Positions 38,640 through 50,514 of a stretch of 64,000 nt of DNA are shown here, piece after piece (the first letter of the stretch is position 1; each line of letters starts with the position of its first letter). This DNA is from Mustelus asterias. Its lineage: Eukaryota. The stretch spans positions 98,580,001 to 98,644,000 of the forward strand of contig NC_135812.1 in assembly GCF_964213995.1 (NCBI RefSeq), given 5' to 3'. The notes under the pieces are model-generated. The model saw only the letters and a list, made by a program, of their open reading frames with translations, was not told where the DNA came from and did not search any database. Made by a program: the position numbers and the translations under genes.

Positions 38640-39350
38640 CTCATCATTCTAAAACAGAAAATGCTGGAAAGAGGAAAAATATTACATTTTAAGGAGTGAC
38701 ATTTCACCAGAGACATGGTTCTAAAGGCAGCTACAACTGATTGGGGAACTAATATTCTCACACTGATAACAAAGCAGATGGAAGCTCTCAATTTAATCCC
38801 TGGTCTGTGCAGGAACCAGATTGGTCTGCGTTTCATTATCACATTCTCAGAACATACAGGGAGGAAATTGAATTTTGGTAATGGCGAGATTTTCTGCATT
38901 CCAGCCTTCAGTTGTTGTTTAGAAACACTTTTTTCAACAATCACGGGGCAGGAATTGTACTCCTGATACAGTCCTCAGCGCTATATGTGTACGCAGCTTC
39001 TCCAGATGTTGTTTTTGATGGTTATTTAGTTATGTCCGGGGCCTCTCAATAGCCTCAGTAGAGCTAGGAAACTAACAAAATGAGATCCATTTTAGAACAT
39101 GATTCCGATCTTTCATCCGAGGCTGTCGTTATTCCAAGCTGAATATTTGACATGACTCTGGGAATTATTAAGGTGAGACTACATGAGTTACCTCTTGAGA
39201 AATGGATTCATAGAAGAAAGTCTGGGAAAATTGCTCAACACTAACATAGCAGAGATCGGAGCTTCTGACCTTTGATTTGATGCGTTCTTGGAACAGGAGA
39301 TGAAAAGGCAGAAAATTGCTACAGAAATTGCCAATGTTGTTTATATTCTA

Positions 39351-39597
39351 TGATGTGGAGATACCGGTGTTGGACTGGGGTAAACACAGTAAGAAGTCTC
39401 ACAACACCAGGTTAAAGTCCAACAGATTTATTTGGTAGCACAAGCCACAAGCTTTTGGAGCGCTGCCCCTTCATCAGGTGAGTGGGCGGGAAGTTAACCC
39501 GCTCACTTGATGAAGGAGCAGCGCTCCAAAAGCTTGTGGCTTGTGCTACCAAATAAACCTGTTGGACTTTAACCTGGTGTTGTGAGACTTCGTACTG
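39351..39597. mobile_element. PLE fold-back insertion
   Basis: TSD TGTTTA(T/C)ATTCTA at 39338-39350 and 39598-39610. Confidence 0.87.
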
Positions 39598-39766
39598 TGT
39601 TTACATTCTAGACATGGGTGGAATAACAGGGGTTAACAGGGCTTTAATAATTTTGCGGGTGAGTAAGGAACCTCTAATTTTGCCATTTAAGATTAAAGAA
39701 TAACAGTTGATTTAAATGTAAACATGTAAAGCCATTGCAAACCAATTGTTTTTACAAAATATAACA

Positions 39767-40070
39767 GGCACGGTGGCACAGTGGTTAGCACTGCTGCCTC
39801 ACAGCGCCAGGACCCGGGTTTGACTCCTGGCTTGGGTCACTGTGCGGAGTCTGCACATTCTCCCCGTGAATGTATGGGTTTCTTCCGGGTGCTCCAGTTT
39901 CCTCTCACAGTCCAAATATGTGTAGGTTAGGGGGATTAGCGGGGTAAATAAGTGGGGTTACGGGGATAGGCGGTTAATGGGTCTGGGTAAGATGCTCTGT
40001 CAGAGGGTCAGTGTAGACTCGATGGACTGAATGGCCTCTTTCTGCACTATAGGGATTCCACAATTCTATG
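39767..40070 (+). mobile_element. HE1 SINE
   Basis: Head, core and tail. Confidence 0.9.
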
Positions 40071-40573
40071 ATCATATTGCAGTGAAGTGTCAATGTCAAC
40101 TTACTGCCCCTATTTTAATTGACTGCCTACAACAGCTATGTTCGCAGTAACAACTTAATTTTGCTCCAATCCCTAGACTTTTCTCACAGGAACAAACAGT
40201 AACAATAATGCAGGATCAGCCTTCTTAAAATGTATATACGTTTTGAATTTAAATAGCATAGTATTTGATTTAATAGGCATCCATTGATAAGGCTCTGGAG
40301 TCTGCTGCAACAAGGTACAAAGGAATAATCTGTGCTGAGTTGTCCATTGATTTTGCATCCATCACGTCAGGTATTCAGTAATTGCTGTGCCACAAGGCTG
40401 CTTTGTCTAGTCAAATATCTTTAAACACATTCAAGAGTGTCTATGAACTAATATGAATCCTTGAACACAGGTATCCTGGATGGCATTTGTTCTGAGACTA
40501 ACCTGGGAATGAAAGTTTATTCAATATCAGCTCTTAGAAGTTCAACTGAACTTGGAATGCCATCAATTATTAA

Positions 40574-40744
40574 TGATGTGGAGATGCCAGCGTTGGACTG
40601 GGGTAAGCACAGTAAGAAGTCTCACAACACCAGGTTAAAGTCCAATAGGACTTCATCACCTGATGAAGGAGCAGCACTCCGAAAGCTTGTCATTCCAAAT
40701 ATACCTGTTAGATTTTAACCTGGTGTTGCAAGACTTCTTACTGT
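40574..40744. mobile_element. PLE fold-back insertion
   Basis: TSD ATCAATTATTAA at 40562-40573 and 40745-40756. Confidence 0.85.
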
Positions 40745-40873
40745 ATCAATTATTAAAGTTGGGGAAGAGATTGTCAAATTCATAGACAGGAATGTGACAA
40801 ATGATTGGTGAGAGTATGGTGGATTTATATACAAGTAATAACTGTCGATTTTGGGATAATATTATAGCAGCCT

Positions 40874-41100
40874 CATAGACTCATTGAATCCCTACAGTGC
40901 AGATGAGGCCATTCGGCCCATCGAGTCTGCACCAACTCTCTGACAGACTAACCTCCTGCCGTCCCCCCGGCCTTTCCTTGTAACCCCACACATTTACCAT
41001 GGTCAATCCACCTAACCTACACATCTTTGGAGTGTGGGAGGAAATCGGAGAACCCAGAGGAAACCCACACAGACACGGAGAGAACGTGCAAACTGTGCCA
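40874..41100 (-). mobile_element. HE1 SINE 3' part
   Basis: Tail and core on minus strand. Confidence 0.85.
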
Positions 41101-42194
41101 CATATTTGGTCTAAATAATTTAATTATTTATTCTTTTCTCCCAATTTGTTCCACACAATAAGAAATTAACATTAGAACAATCAGCTATTGTGATTTTAAT
41201 CCAATAAGAGAGATAAACAATGGAACATAGAGACAGGAGGAGGCCAGTCAGCCACTCAACAACCACTCGAGAAGATCATGATTGGTCTTCATCCCAACTC
41301 CATCCACCAGCCTTGGTTGCATGTCCCTTAACACCTTGGCTAGTAAAGAACTATCAATTCCTGATTCTAAATTATTTATCAAGCCACTACCTACTGCTTT
41401 GGTAGGATTATTTTCCACATTTCTCATACCCCTTGCATGGAGAAGACCTTTCCTAACTTCCCTCTTGAACACCCTGGCTCTGATTTGAAGGTGCTGTCTT
41501 CTGGTCCTAGACTCCTCCCCTAACAGGAAAATAGGAAATATTATCAATTTCCTTCAAACCCTAAAAAACCTCAATCAATTCATCCCTTAATCTTCTATAT
41601 TCCAGGGAATACAGGCCTTGTTTAAAGAATGAAATCACGGGAAAGTGTAATTGTTAATATTAATGGTAAGATGATCACCTCAGTCACACAACCTATTTTT
41701 GTTGGTCCCTGATGTCAATCTTGGTAAATTTGGCATATTCATAATAATTGGTGATCGTGGCACTGCCGATATTTAACTGTACATAATAAGTCTACTTTAG
41801 TTGGTTATAGTGATAAGGAAAGTGTGTTCACCTTTGGGTAGGAGCTTGCAGATAATGTACTTGTCATAAAGGAGGGCTTGTTAACTCTCTGGCAGCCAGT
41901 GAATCCTGCTGGCAGGGGATTCCAAATGTTTTGAAAAACAGCCCTTACTACAATGGCATTGCTACCTAACGAGTGGATGCCCCACAGCAGCTCGTCAGCG
42001 CAATGCCAGACAACCCAGAGGCCAACCTGGCCAGGGAGAAACTGGGACATGGCCATGGGGTGATTGTAGGGATGGTAGCCTGGATCGGCAACAACCCACA
42101 ATACTCTTGCTGTGCCCAAAGACGTGTGGTTCCCTTCCAACCCAGCAGGAATCACTTGCTTCACTATTTGGTTCAAAGAGGATAAACTTAATAT

Positions 42195-42545
42195 AGAACA
42201 TAGAACAGCACAGCACAGGAACAGGCCCTCCAGCCCATGATATCGTGCTGAACATGACACCAAATTAAATTAAACCCTTCTGCCTGCCCTTGGTCCATAT
42301 CCCTCTATTCCTTGTGTATTCATATGCTTATCTAAAAGCCCCTTTATCACCCCTATCCTATCTGCCTCCACCACCACCCCTGGCAGCGTGTTCCAGACAC
42401 CTACCACTCTCTGTGTAAAACCTTGCTCCTCACATCTCCTTTGAACTTTCCCCCTCTCACCTTAAGTGCATGCCCCGTAGTATTAGACATTTCAACTCTG
42501 GGAAAAGGATTCTGACTGTCAACCTTATCTGTGCTTCTCATAATA
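42195..42545 (-). mobile_element. CR1 LINE 3' end
   Basis: ATAGAACATAGAACAG tail and RGH/QRVV..WN region on minus strand. Confidence 0.85.
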
Positions 42546-42552
42546 CATGATA

Positions 42553-42719
42553 TGGAGATGCCGGCGTTGGACTGAAGTGGGCACAGTAAGAAGTCTCACA
42601 ACACCAGGTTAAACCAGGTGGGTTGACTCACCTGATGAAGGAGCAGCGCTCCGAAAACTCGTGATACCAAATAAACCTGTTGGATTTCAACCAGGTGTTA
42701 TGAGACCTGTTACTGTTTT
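42553..42719. mobile_element. PLE fold-back insertion
   Basis: TSD ATAATACATGATA at 42540-42552 and 42720-42732; hammerhead core with stem I TCAC/GTGA. Confidence 0.82.
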
Positions 42720-43357
42720 ATAATACATGATACATCATGAAATATAACAAACGTCATGTACTCTCCACCCTGCTGTCCATCAAACTTCTGTTGGGTCCTT
42801 TGTAGATCAGAGTGATATCTGAGCTTAAATTCATGATCTGTGGGGGCTGGACAACTTTCCCTGGACAGGCTCTCTGGAGTTTGTACACCACTGGATGGGA
42901 GGAAAACAAATCAGGATGGATTCGGAGAGGTTGGTGCACTTCTGGAAGAAAGAAATCCAAGGGAGTTCTGAAGCAGAGTGCCCCATGGATTTCTTCTTCT
43001 TTTCCTCTGTGAATTTGCTTTCAGTAGCATGGGAACAAAGTAACGACTCAGGGAAAGGTGATGTCAGATGGGATTCTGCCAACCTCTGTCTGCTGTCCTG
43101 TAACATGATTAGCTCTTTGTCACATGCCTGTGTGTAGATTCCATTTAATGTTAGTTGTTTATCTGATGAGGTTGTGAGGGCTTGAACTATTCACTTTGCA
43201 CAGGAATAAGGTGGCTTGACATCATCCTTTGGGCTGTCTCCATCTGTTGTGTCCTTGTCATTCTCTGAATTGTTCTGTATATGATCAGACATTATTTGGA
43301 GGTCAGAATAAAGTCCATGACTTATTCAGAAGCCAGAAGAATCGACAATTCTTGGGT

Positions 43358-44370
43358 TATTTATTCATTCATGGGACATGGGTATTGCTGGCTGGCCTGC
43401 ATTTATTGCTCATCCCTAATTGCCCTTGTTCAGAGGGCAGTTGCGAATCAACCACATTGCTGTGGCCCTGGAGTCACATGTAGACCAGACCAGGTAAGGA
43501 AGGCAGATTTCCTTCCCTAAAGGACATTAGTGAACCAAATGGGTTTTTTCGACAATCGGCAATGGTTTCATAGAACATAGAACAGTACAGCACAGAACAG
43601 ACCCTTCGGCCCACGATGTTGTGCCGAGCTTTATCTGAAACCAAGATCAAGCTATCCCACTCCCTATCATCCTGGTGTGCTCCATGTGCCTATCCAATAA
43701 CCGCTTAAATGTTCCTAAAATGTCTGACTCCACTATCACTGCAGGCAGTCCATTCCACACCCCAACCACTCTCTGCGTAATGAACCTACCTCTGATATCC
43801 TTCCTATATCTCCCACCACGAACCCTATAGTTATGCCCCCTTGTAATAGCTCCATCCACCCGAGGAAATAGTCTTTGAACGTTCACTCTATCTAACCCCT
43901 TCATCATTTTATAAACCTCTATTAAGTCTCCCCTCAGCCTCCTCCGCTCAAGAGAGAACAGCCCTAGCTCCCTCAACCTTTCCTCATAAGACCTACCCTC
44001 CAAACCAGGTAGCATCCTGGTAAATCTCCTCTGCACTCTTTCCAGCACTTCCACATCCTTCTTATAGTGAGGTGACCAGAACTGCACACAATATTCCAAA
44101 TGTGGTCTCACCAAGGTCCTGTACAGTTGCAGCATAACGGCTCTTAAACTCCAACCCCCTGTTAATAAAAGCTAACACACTATAGGCCTTCTTCACAGCT
44201 CTATCCACTTGAGTGGCAACCTTCATGGTCATCAGTAGATTCTTAATTCCGGATATTTTTTATTGAATTCAAATTACACCATCTGCGGGATTCAAACCCA
44301 GGTCCCCAGAACATAAGCTGAGTTTCTGGATGAATAGTCTAGCGATAATACCACTAGGCCATCGCCTCCC
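43358..44370 (-). mobile_element. SacSINE1-like SINE split by a CR1 insertion (43570-44223)
   Basis: SINE halves at 43358-43570 and 44224-44370; CR1 ORF 43647-44135 LYRTLVRPHLEYCVQFWSP...WNGLP is open. Confidence 0.88.
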
Positions 44371-45056
44371 TAGGGGCAGGAGTTTACTGTACTGATAGTT
44401 CCACTAGGAGAATGGAGGGAATTGACCAGATCAGCGACGTTAACTGGAATGTTTATCTTCAGAGGTGGAGGTTTGTGGTTGGCCTGCCTCCTGAAAACCA
44501 TCTTTGAAATATTTCTCCATCTCTTGTTCTGTCTCTTTCCACATTTCTTCACACTGCCCAAGAATCTGTCTCTCTCTCGGTCTTCATTTTCTTCCCATCT
44601 CTCTTTTCCACATCTCTATTTTTTTTTTGCACAAATGATTAACCTCACAATCTCCCTCTTTCCATATGGAACCAGAGATCCATTGAAAAGGAACGGTGCA
44701 GAAAGAGGCCATTCAGCCCATCGTGCCGGTGCCGGCTAAAATGGAGAAATAAAGGAAACTAGCTGCTCATTTTAATCCCGTATTCCAGCACTGTTACAGC
44801 TCCGGTTACGGATCTACGTACCTTTTCTTAGTTTCCTAGGGGAATTTCACAATAACTTCATTGCAGTGTTAATGTAAGTCTACTTGTGACTAATAAAAAA
44901 TAAATAAATACCTTTTCAATGAGTTCAGCGTTTGGAGACTCAACCACCAACTTAGGCAGTGAATTCCAGATGCCCACCCCCCCCGGGTGAAAACATGTCC
45001 CCTCTAATCCTTCCACCAATAACCTTAAATCTACTCACCTCTCACCCCTCTCTCCA

Positions 45057-45350
45057 ACACGATGACACAGTGGTTAGCAATATTGCCGCACAGTGCCAGG
45101 GACCTGGGTTCAATTCCGACCTCGGGTCACTGTCTGTGTGGAGTTTGCACCTTCTCCCCGTGTCCGCCTGGGTTTCCTCTGGGTGCTCCGGTTTCCTCCC
45201 ACAGTTCAAAAGACGTGCTGGTTAGGTGCATTGGCCATGCTAAATTCTCCCTCAATGTACCTGAACAGGTGCCGGAGTGTGGTGACTAGGGGATTTTCAC
45301 AGTAACTTCATTGCAGTGTTAATGTGAGCTTACTTGTGACCAATAAATAC
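45057..45350 (+). mobile_element. V-SINE (HE1 head) with alternative tail
   Basis: Same structure as 6061-6352. Confidence 0.85.
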
Positions 45351-45659
45351 ATTTTAAAAAACAAAAGGGGGAGGATATGACTAAATGGATTACTTCCAGG
45401 AAATGAGTGGTACAAATACAAATCTCTGCAACATAAATACACTGTAGTATTTTGGGCAGACCACAAGCAATCCCTTAAATATCTCATCATTTCTCTTACC
45501 CTGATTATGGAACTATCCATTTCCTAGTAGGACTTTATCCTGTCTAAAAATGTGCCTTGGGTTTTTGTTCCATCACATCTGCTGGCAATCTGCTGCACAA
45601 TTTCAATTCCATCATTCACGATGAAGATACTCAGACAAACACAGGAACTGCTGGCATTT

Positions 45660-45960
45660 ACAGAAAAAAATACCAGGACTCACACAGAATATACTATAAC
45701 TCACGCAGAAAATACTGGGACTCACACAGAAAATACAGGGACTCACACAGAATATACTATAACTCACGCAGAAAATACTGGGACTCACACAGAATATACT
45801 ATAACTCACGCAGAAAATACAGGGACTCACACAGAATATACTATAACTCATGCAGAAAATACAGGGACTCACACAGAATATACTATAACTCACACAGAAA
45901 ATACAGGGACTCACACAGAAAATACCGGGACTCGCACAGAATATACTATAACTTACACAG
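45660..45960. repeat. 21-bp-period minisatellite overlapping the TMEM235 donor site
   Basis: ACTCAC-type motif every 21 nt from 45678 to 45951 (14 units of two interspersed types). Confidence 0.95.
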
Positions 45961-46037
45961 TAAGTGACGCTGTGTTTCAGGTACGTTCTGACTCTCTTCC
46001 CCAAAGGGGTCTATTAAAGCAATGCAAGCATTTTTAC
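45957..46037 (-). CDS. TMEM235: TMEM235 internal exon (81 bp)
   Basis: ttatttccag|GT AAA AAT GCT TGC... = (G)KNACIALIDPFGEESQNVPETQRHLL T|gtaagt; resembles the C-I-x-L-x-D-P-F segment of TMEM235. Confidence 0.9.
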
Positions 46038-46532
46038 CTGGAAATAAAATAAAAATGAAACATCATATTTTATACATCTGACCCTAAATATTCTTTAAAT
46101 ATCGGTAGTAAAGAGTAGTGAATTTCAAACAACCTTCATATCGGTTTAATGTACATTAATAATTTCATGCTCCATTTTAACTTTTATATTTCAGATTTAT
46201 AATGTTTAAGCTATAAAATTAGGGGACTGATAATAAAAGGCCGGGGGGTGGGAATCGTGTGATTTACAGACATCCTGATTTAACACAGCTAAATCACAAG
46301 ATGCAGTGTCACAGTGCTGCAATTCTGCAACAAGCGGCTCACCTCCAGACTCCACAAAGTCTCTAAAATGTCTACAAGGCACGAGTCAGGATGGAATATT
46401 CTTCACTTGCCTGGTAGTGTGCAATGGCAACAACACTGTCCAGGACAAAGCAGTCTGCTTGATGAATATCCCATCAAGCTCCGTAAACTCTGTTATGAAT
46501 ATGAGGTTTTATATGATGGTTAAGTTTTCATA

Positions 46533-47090
46533 ATGTGGAGATACCGGTGTTGGATTGGGGGGGGCACAGTAGGAAGTCTCACAACACCAGGTTAAAGTCC
46601 CAACAGGTTTATTTGGAGGAGACAGTGGCGTAGTGGTATTGTCACTGGACTACTAGTCAAAGACTCAGGGTAATGTTTTGGGGACCCGGGTTCGAATCCC
46701 ACCATGGCAGCTGGCAAAATTTGAATTCAATAAAAAAATCTGGAATTAAAAGTCTAACGATGACCATGAAAGCATTGTTAATTGCTTTGGGTGGCACGGT
46801 GGCATGGTGGTTAGCACTGCTGCCTCACAGCGCCAGGGACCCGGGTTCGATTCCCGGCTTGGGTCACTGTCTGTGTGGAGTTTGCTCCCTGTGTCTGCGT
46901 GGGTTTCCTCCGGGTGCTCCGGTTTCCTCCCACAGTCCAAAGATGTGGGGTTAGGTTGATTGGCCATGTTAACGGGAGGTTACGGGAATAGGGCCTGGTT
47001 GGTGCAGACTCAATAGGCCAAATGGCCTCCTTCTGCTCTGTAGGGATTCTATGAGATTTGGAATCACAAGCTTTTGGAGCACTGCTCCGG
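46533..47090. mobile_element. PLE pLTR fragment (-) interrupted by a SacSINE1-like head (46618-46785) and an HE1 SINE (46789-47052)
   Basis: pLTR sequence stops at ATTTGG (~46615) and resumes at ~47056. Confidence 0.7.
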
Positions 47091-48398
47091 AGACTCCTGT
47101 CATCATAGTTTGTGAGGAATTATTTCCTTTCTTTCTGCTCCTTTTCATCATCTTCCTTTTTATCATCAGATCCTCCTTACTGTGATAGATCTGCAGGAAA
47201 CAATGGCGTAAGAGTGGGTGAGTTTACCATCCTCACATTCAAGGAGACAGAGACGAATTTAGAAATTCCTGGCTGCATGCTGCTTCACGGGGAAACCAGG
47301 GTGACTGCAGCTGTAAACCTGCAACCTCCCAACCAACTCTCCATGGGTAGAATGGAGTGACTTCTTAGCAAGTCTTTGGCCTACTTATCAAAGTGGGGGG
47401 CAGCTTTCCAATTCTCTGGTCCCCTGTCTTTCATGTGTATCATGGTCAGGTTTTGCCTGTACGATCAAAGGAATTAAGGGAGGGCCATCAATTGTGAGAG
47501 ATCTCCCACATCATATCAGGTGTATTAGATCCCATTAACATAAAGAATGGGCTAAGTTCTGTCGGAAACTAAGTGCCGTTAGGGGAACCTTTGACAAAGG
47601 GTCATCTGGACTTGAAGCGTCAGCTCTTTTCTCTCCTTACGGATGCTGCCAGACCTGCTGAGATTTTCCAGCATTTTCTCTTTTGGTTTCAGATTCCAGC
47701 ATCTGCAGTAATTTGCTTTTATGCCGTTAGGGGAAATAGTGTCACACCCCGCACGGACCCAAGTAAGTGACCCCTTAACCACAGCACAGTGTGACAGTTA
47801 ATCATTTTAACAGTGTGGAGGAAAGGGACAGCAGCCTGGGTGTTGCATTCTCTGACCTTGCCAGGTCACTGAACAAGTTATTGGATCAGATCCACTTCTC
47901 GCTACACGCTACATCAGATATTTTTTGTGTCATGGCACCAGGCAATCATTCTATTCTTTGCAGCATCACACGCAGGAACATCTGATCCTGGGTCTCGTTC
48001 AAATCACGTGTTTTCCCTCTCTGCCTCCTTGCAATGAAGTCCTTTTTTATGCTTGTTTCCAGCTCACCACTTGAAGACGTGGTTGAAAGGAATACAAGGA
48101 CACACAGGCTCCTTCACTGCAGCTACTGAACAGCAAAGCTAATCAACACTCTTGCATTTATTCACTGTTCCACCCAGTCTGTTGCGGCAGCCACTCTTGG
48201 CTTTAGTGAAGGCTGCAAAAGTACCCAATGGCAGGTCACTTCCATTTCACACGGGGCTTAATTGGTTGAATCGCCAGTAATTATTTAGATGAATTGACTC
48301 CAGAATCTATAGTGAGGCAGCTACAGTAACGGTATTAATAGATATGAAACAAAGGTGGGTAAATGGAGTCAAGGTACAAATCAGCCATGATCTAACTG

Positions 48399-48487
48399 TG
48401 ATGTGGAGATGTCGGCGTTGGACTGGCTGGGCACAGTAAGAAGTCTGATAACACCAGGTTTAACCTGGTGTTGTGAGACTTCTTACT
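48399..48487. mobile_element. Very short PLE fold-back insertion
   Basis: Palindromic centre ACACCAGGTTTAACCTGGTGT; TSD-like ATGATCTA at 48387-48394 and 48488-48495. Confidence 0.75.
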
Positions 48488-48996
48488 ATGATCTAGTCTT
48501 ATGACAGAACTGGCTCAAGGAATTGAGCAGTGCACTCCTGTTCCTATGGACTGCGTCAATGGATAGAAATCCAATCTCAAGGACAGACAGATCTTAAGGT
48601 TGTGAATATTTTAATGTTCTCTTCATTCTTCTGGCTATTTTATTCTCTCAGTCACCCTCAGCTAACTGTCTTCATCTGGCATCCAAGCCCATATACTTAA
48701 AGCAGGTTTAATGGATGCTGTTCACAAAGGGGATCCTGGTCAATTCTTTGTGCAACTGCTGAGACAAATCGGAATCTCTGTACTGCCTTCAGCCAAGACA
48801 AGGTCAGCTAATTGATCAGTCTGAACTCAGATCAAACTGGAATCCTTCTGAAATAACTCCTGAGAGGCCGGTGTCCCTTCATTTATTTACAACTCAACTC
48901 AATTCCACTCCCAAGAGTGTTTCAAGTATAAAGTCAGAATCCAGAGTGTCAGTAGCCTCAATATGTACACACAGGATTGGGCAGGCAATCATTACC

Positions 48997-49325
48997 AATT
49001 TTTGGCCAATCAAATCGACTAACTCAAATTAATGAGGGGATAAATTAAAAGGGGCAGCTCCCAAAAGGAAGGGAACCGCCTGAAATCAAAGACAAAGTAG
49101 AAAGGAAACTTAAAACATCCAATCAAAATGTGATTAAAGGAGTCAATAATGCGCCCCAGTCCCTGCGGTGCCCAACGGGCACAGAAGGCGTTAATGATGC
49201 CCTCAGACATTACACGGTCCCTCTCCAGGGTCACCTGGTCACGAATGTAGCTGCAGAAGAGGGGGAGACAGTCGGGTCAGACGACCCCCTCGGTCGCCCG
49301 CTGCCTGGACTTGTAGATGGCAAGC
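48997..49325 (-). mobile_element. 5'-truncated Tx1-clade non-LTR retrotransposon
   Basis: LAIYKSRQRATEGVV*PDCLPLFCSYIRDQVTLER...FCARWAPQG resembles the Tx1 ORF2 C-terminus; 16-bp TSD GCAGGCAATCATTACC at 48981-48996 and 49326-49341. Confidence 0.85.
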
Positions 49326-50514
49326 GCAGGCAATCATTACCTCAACCAGGGAGCTCATAATGCAAGAGATCCACCTCATGGGCCTCGTTGAGTTCATTAC
49401 ACCTTCCAATGTGCTTACTGCTTTAGCCAGTGGAGGGACTTGAGGGGGGGGGAGCAGGTGGAGCTGGATTAAAACGTCAATATTGAGATACTGGAATGAT
49501 ATCTGACCAACTACAATTATATCAAGTTACAACAAGGCAGATCAATGAGACAGTCACTGCAGTGTCATTGACTCAAGAAGAGGAAATAAATTCTGAGATA
49601 TCGTTAGTGTCTTATTATCAGCAGGAAATAATTTATGATGTCTGATTTAAGTTCATATTTTTTATCACTGCGGTTCCTACCACTGTGTCGGTGTTTGTAA
49701 CATATTTACGCTTTAAATGTTAGCTTATATTCCTCTGAAGGTTTGTGACTTACGATTGTCAGATAAATTACAAGTACAATGTTACCAATATATTCGATTA
49801 AGGTTAAATGCTGTCAGAATAAGCACCTTATCCAAAATTTGTTTGTGGTGTTCTGCCTCGTAGATCCCGGCAATAAAAGCAGTTTGCATGGTACCTTGAG
49901 GCGAACCTATCTCAGAAATAAATTAAGCCATAAAATATTTAATCATTTTTCACCTCAGTAAACCTCCAAGAAAGCTGGGTTTAATAAAATCTCACAGGAA
50001 ACAGAGATGACCTAACAGAAAAGGAAGTATGTGATCCACATTTAAAAATATTTTGTTTTTCACCTAGTGAAATTACAGGGATTATAAATGGTATCAATTA
50101 ATATATGTTTTTCTTTACTGATTTTCTCCCAGGAAGGCAATGACACCTGGCTGAGGTACTGTTCATGGAGGGTCCACTGTATAGTCTCTCAGTATCTCCA
50201 TATGTGAAATTAAATAGTGAGTGTAGAGGGGAAATCTGACTGGAGGGCGTCACCTCCAAGCCCAGGCCTGCTTTTTACATACACAAGTCCCGACTTTATT
50301 TTTATTTAAACAATTCATCCAACTACATTACAATCCAAATACATTATAGTTTCGCAATAATAAATTATTAAAACAACAAGCTGATATAATCACAATGTCA
50401 ACAGCAAACATACCCTCCTTAATACAACAGCAAACAGCCTCCCTTCCAATGCAAATGGAATCCATTCTAAGATAAGTTATCTGTCACCTTCCGGGGTTTC
50501 ACTTTCCACTGTTT

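Noticed and set aside
45552-46052. 166-, 136- and 130-aa repetitive ORFs
   Set aside because: Products of the 21-bp minisatellite; the true exon uses another frame on the minus strand.
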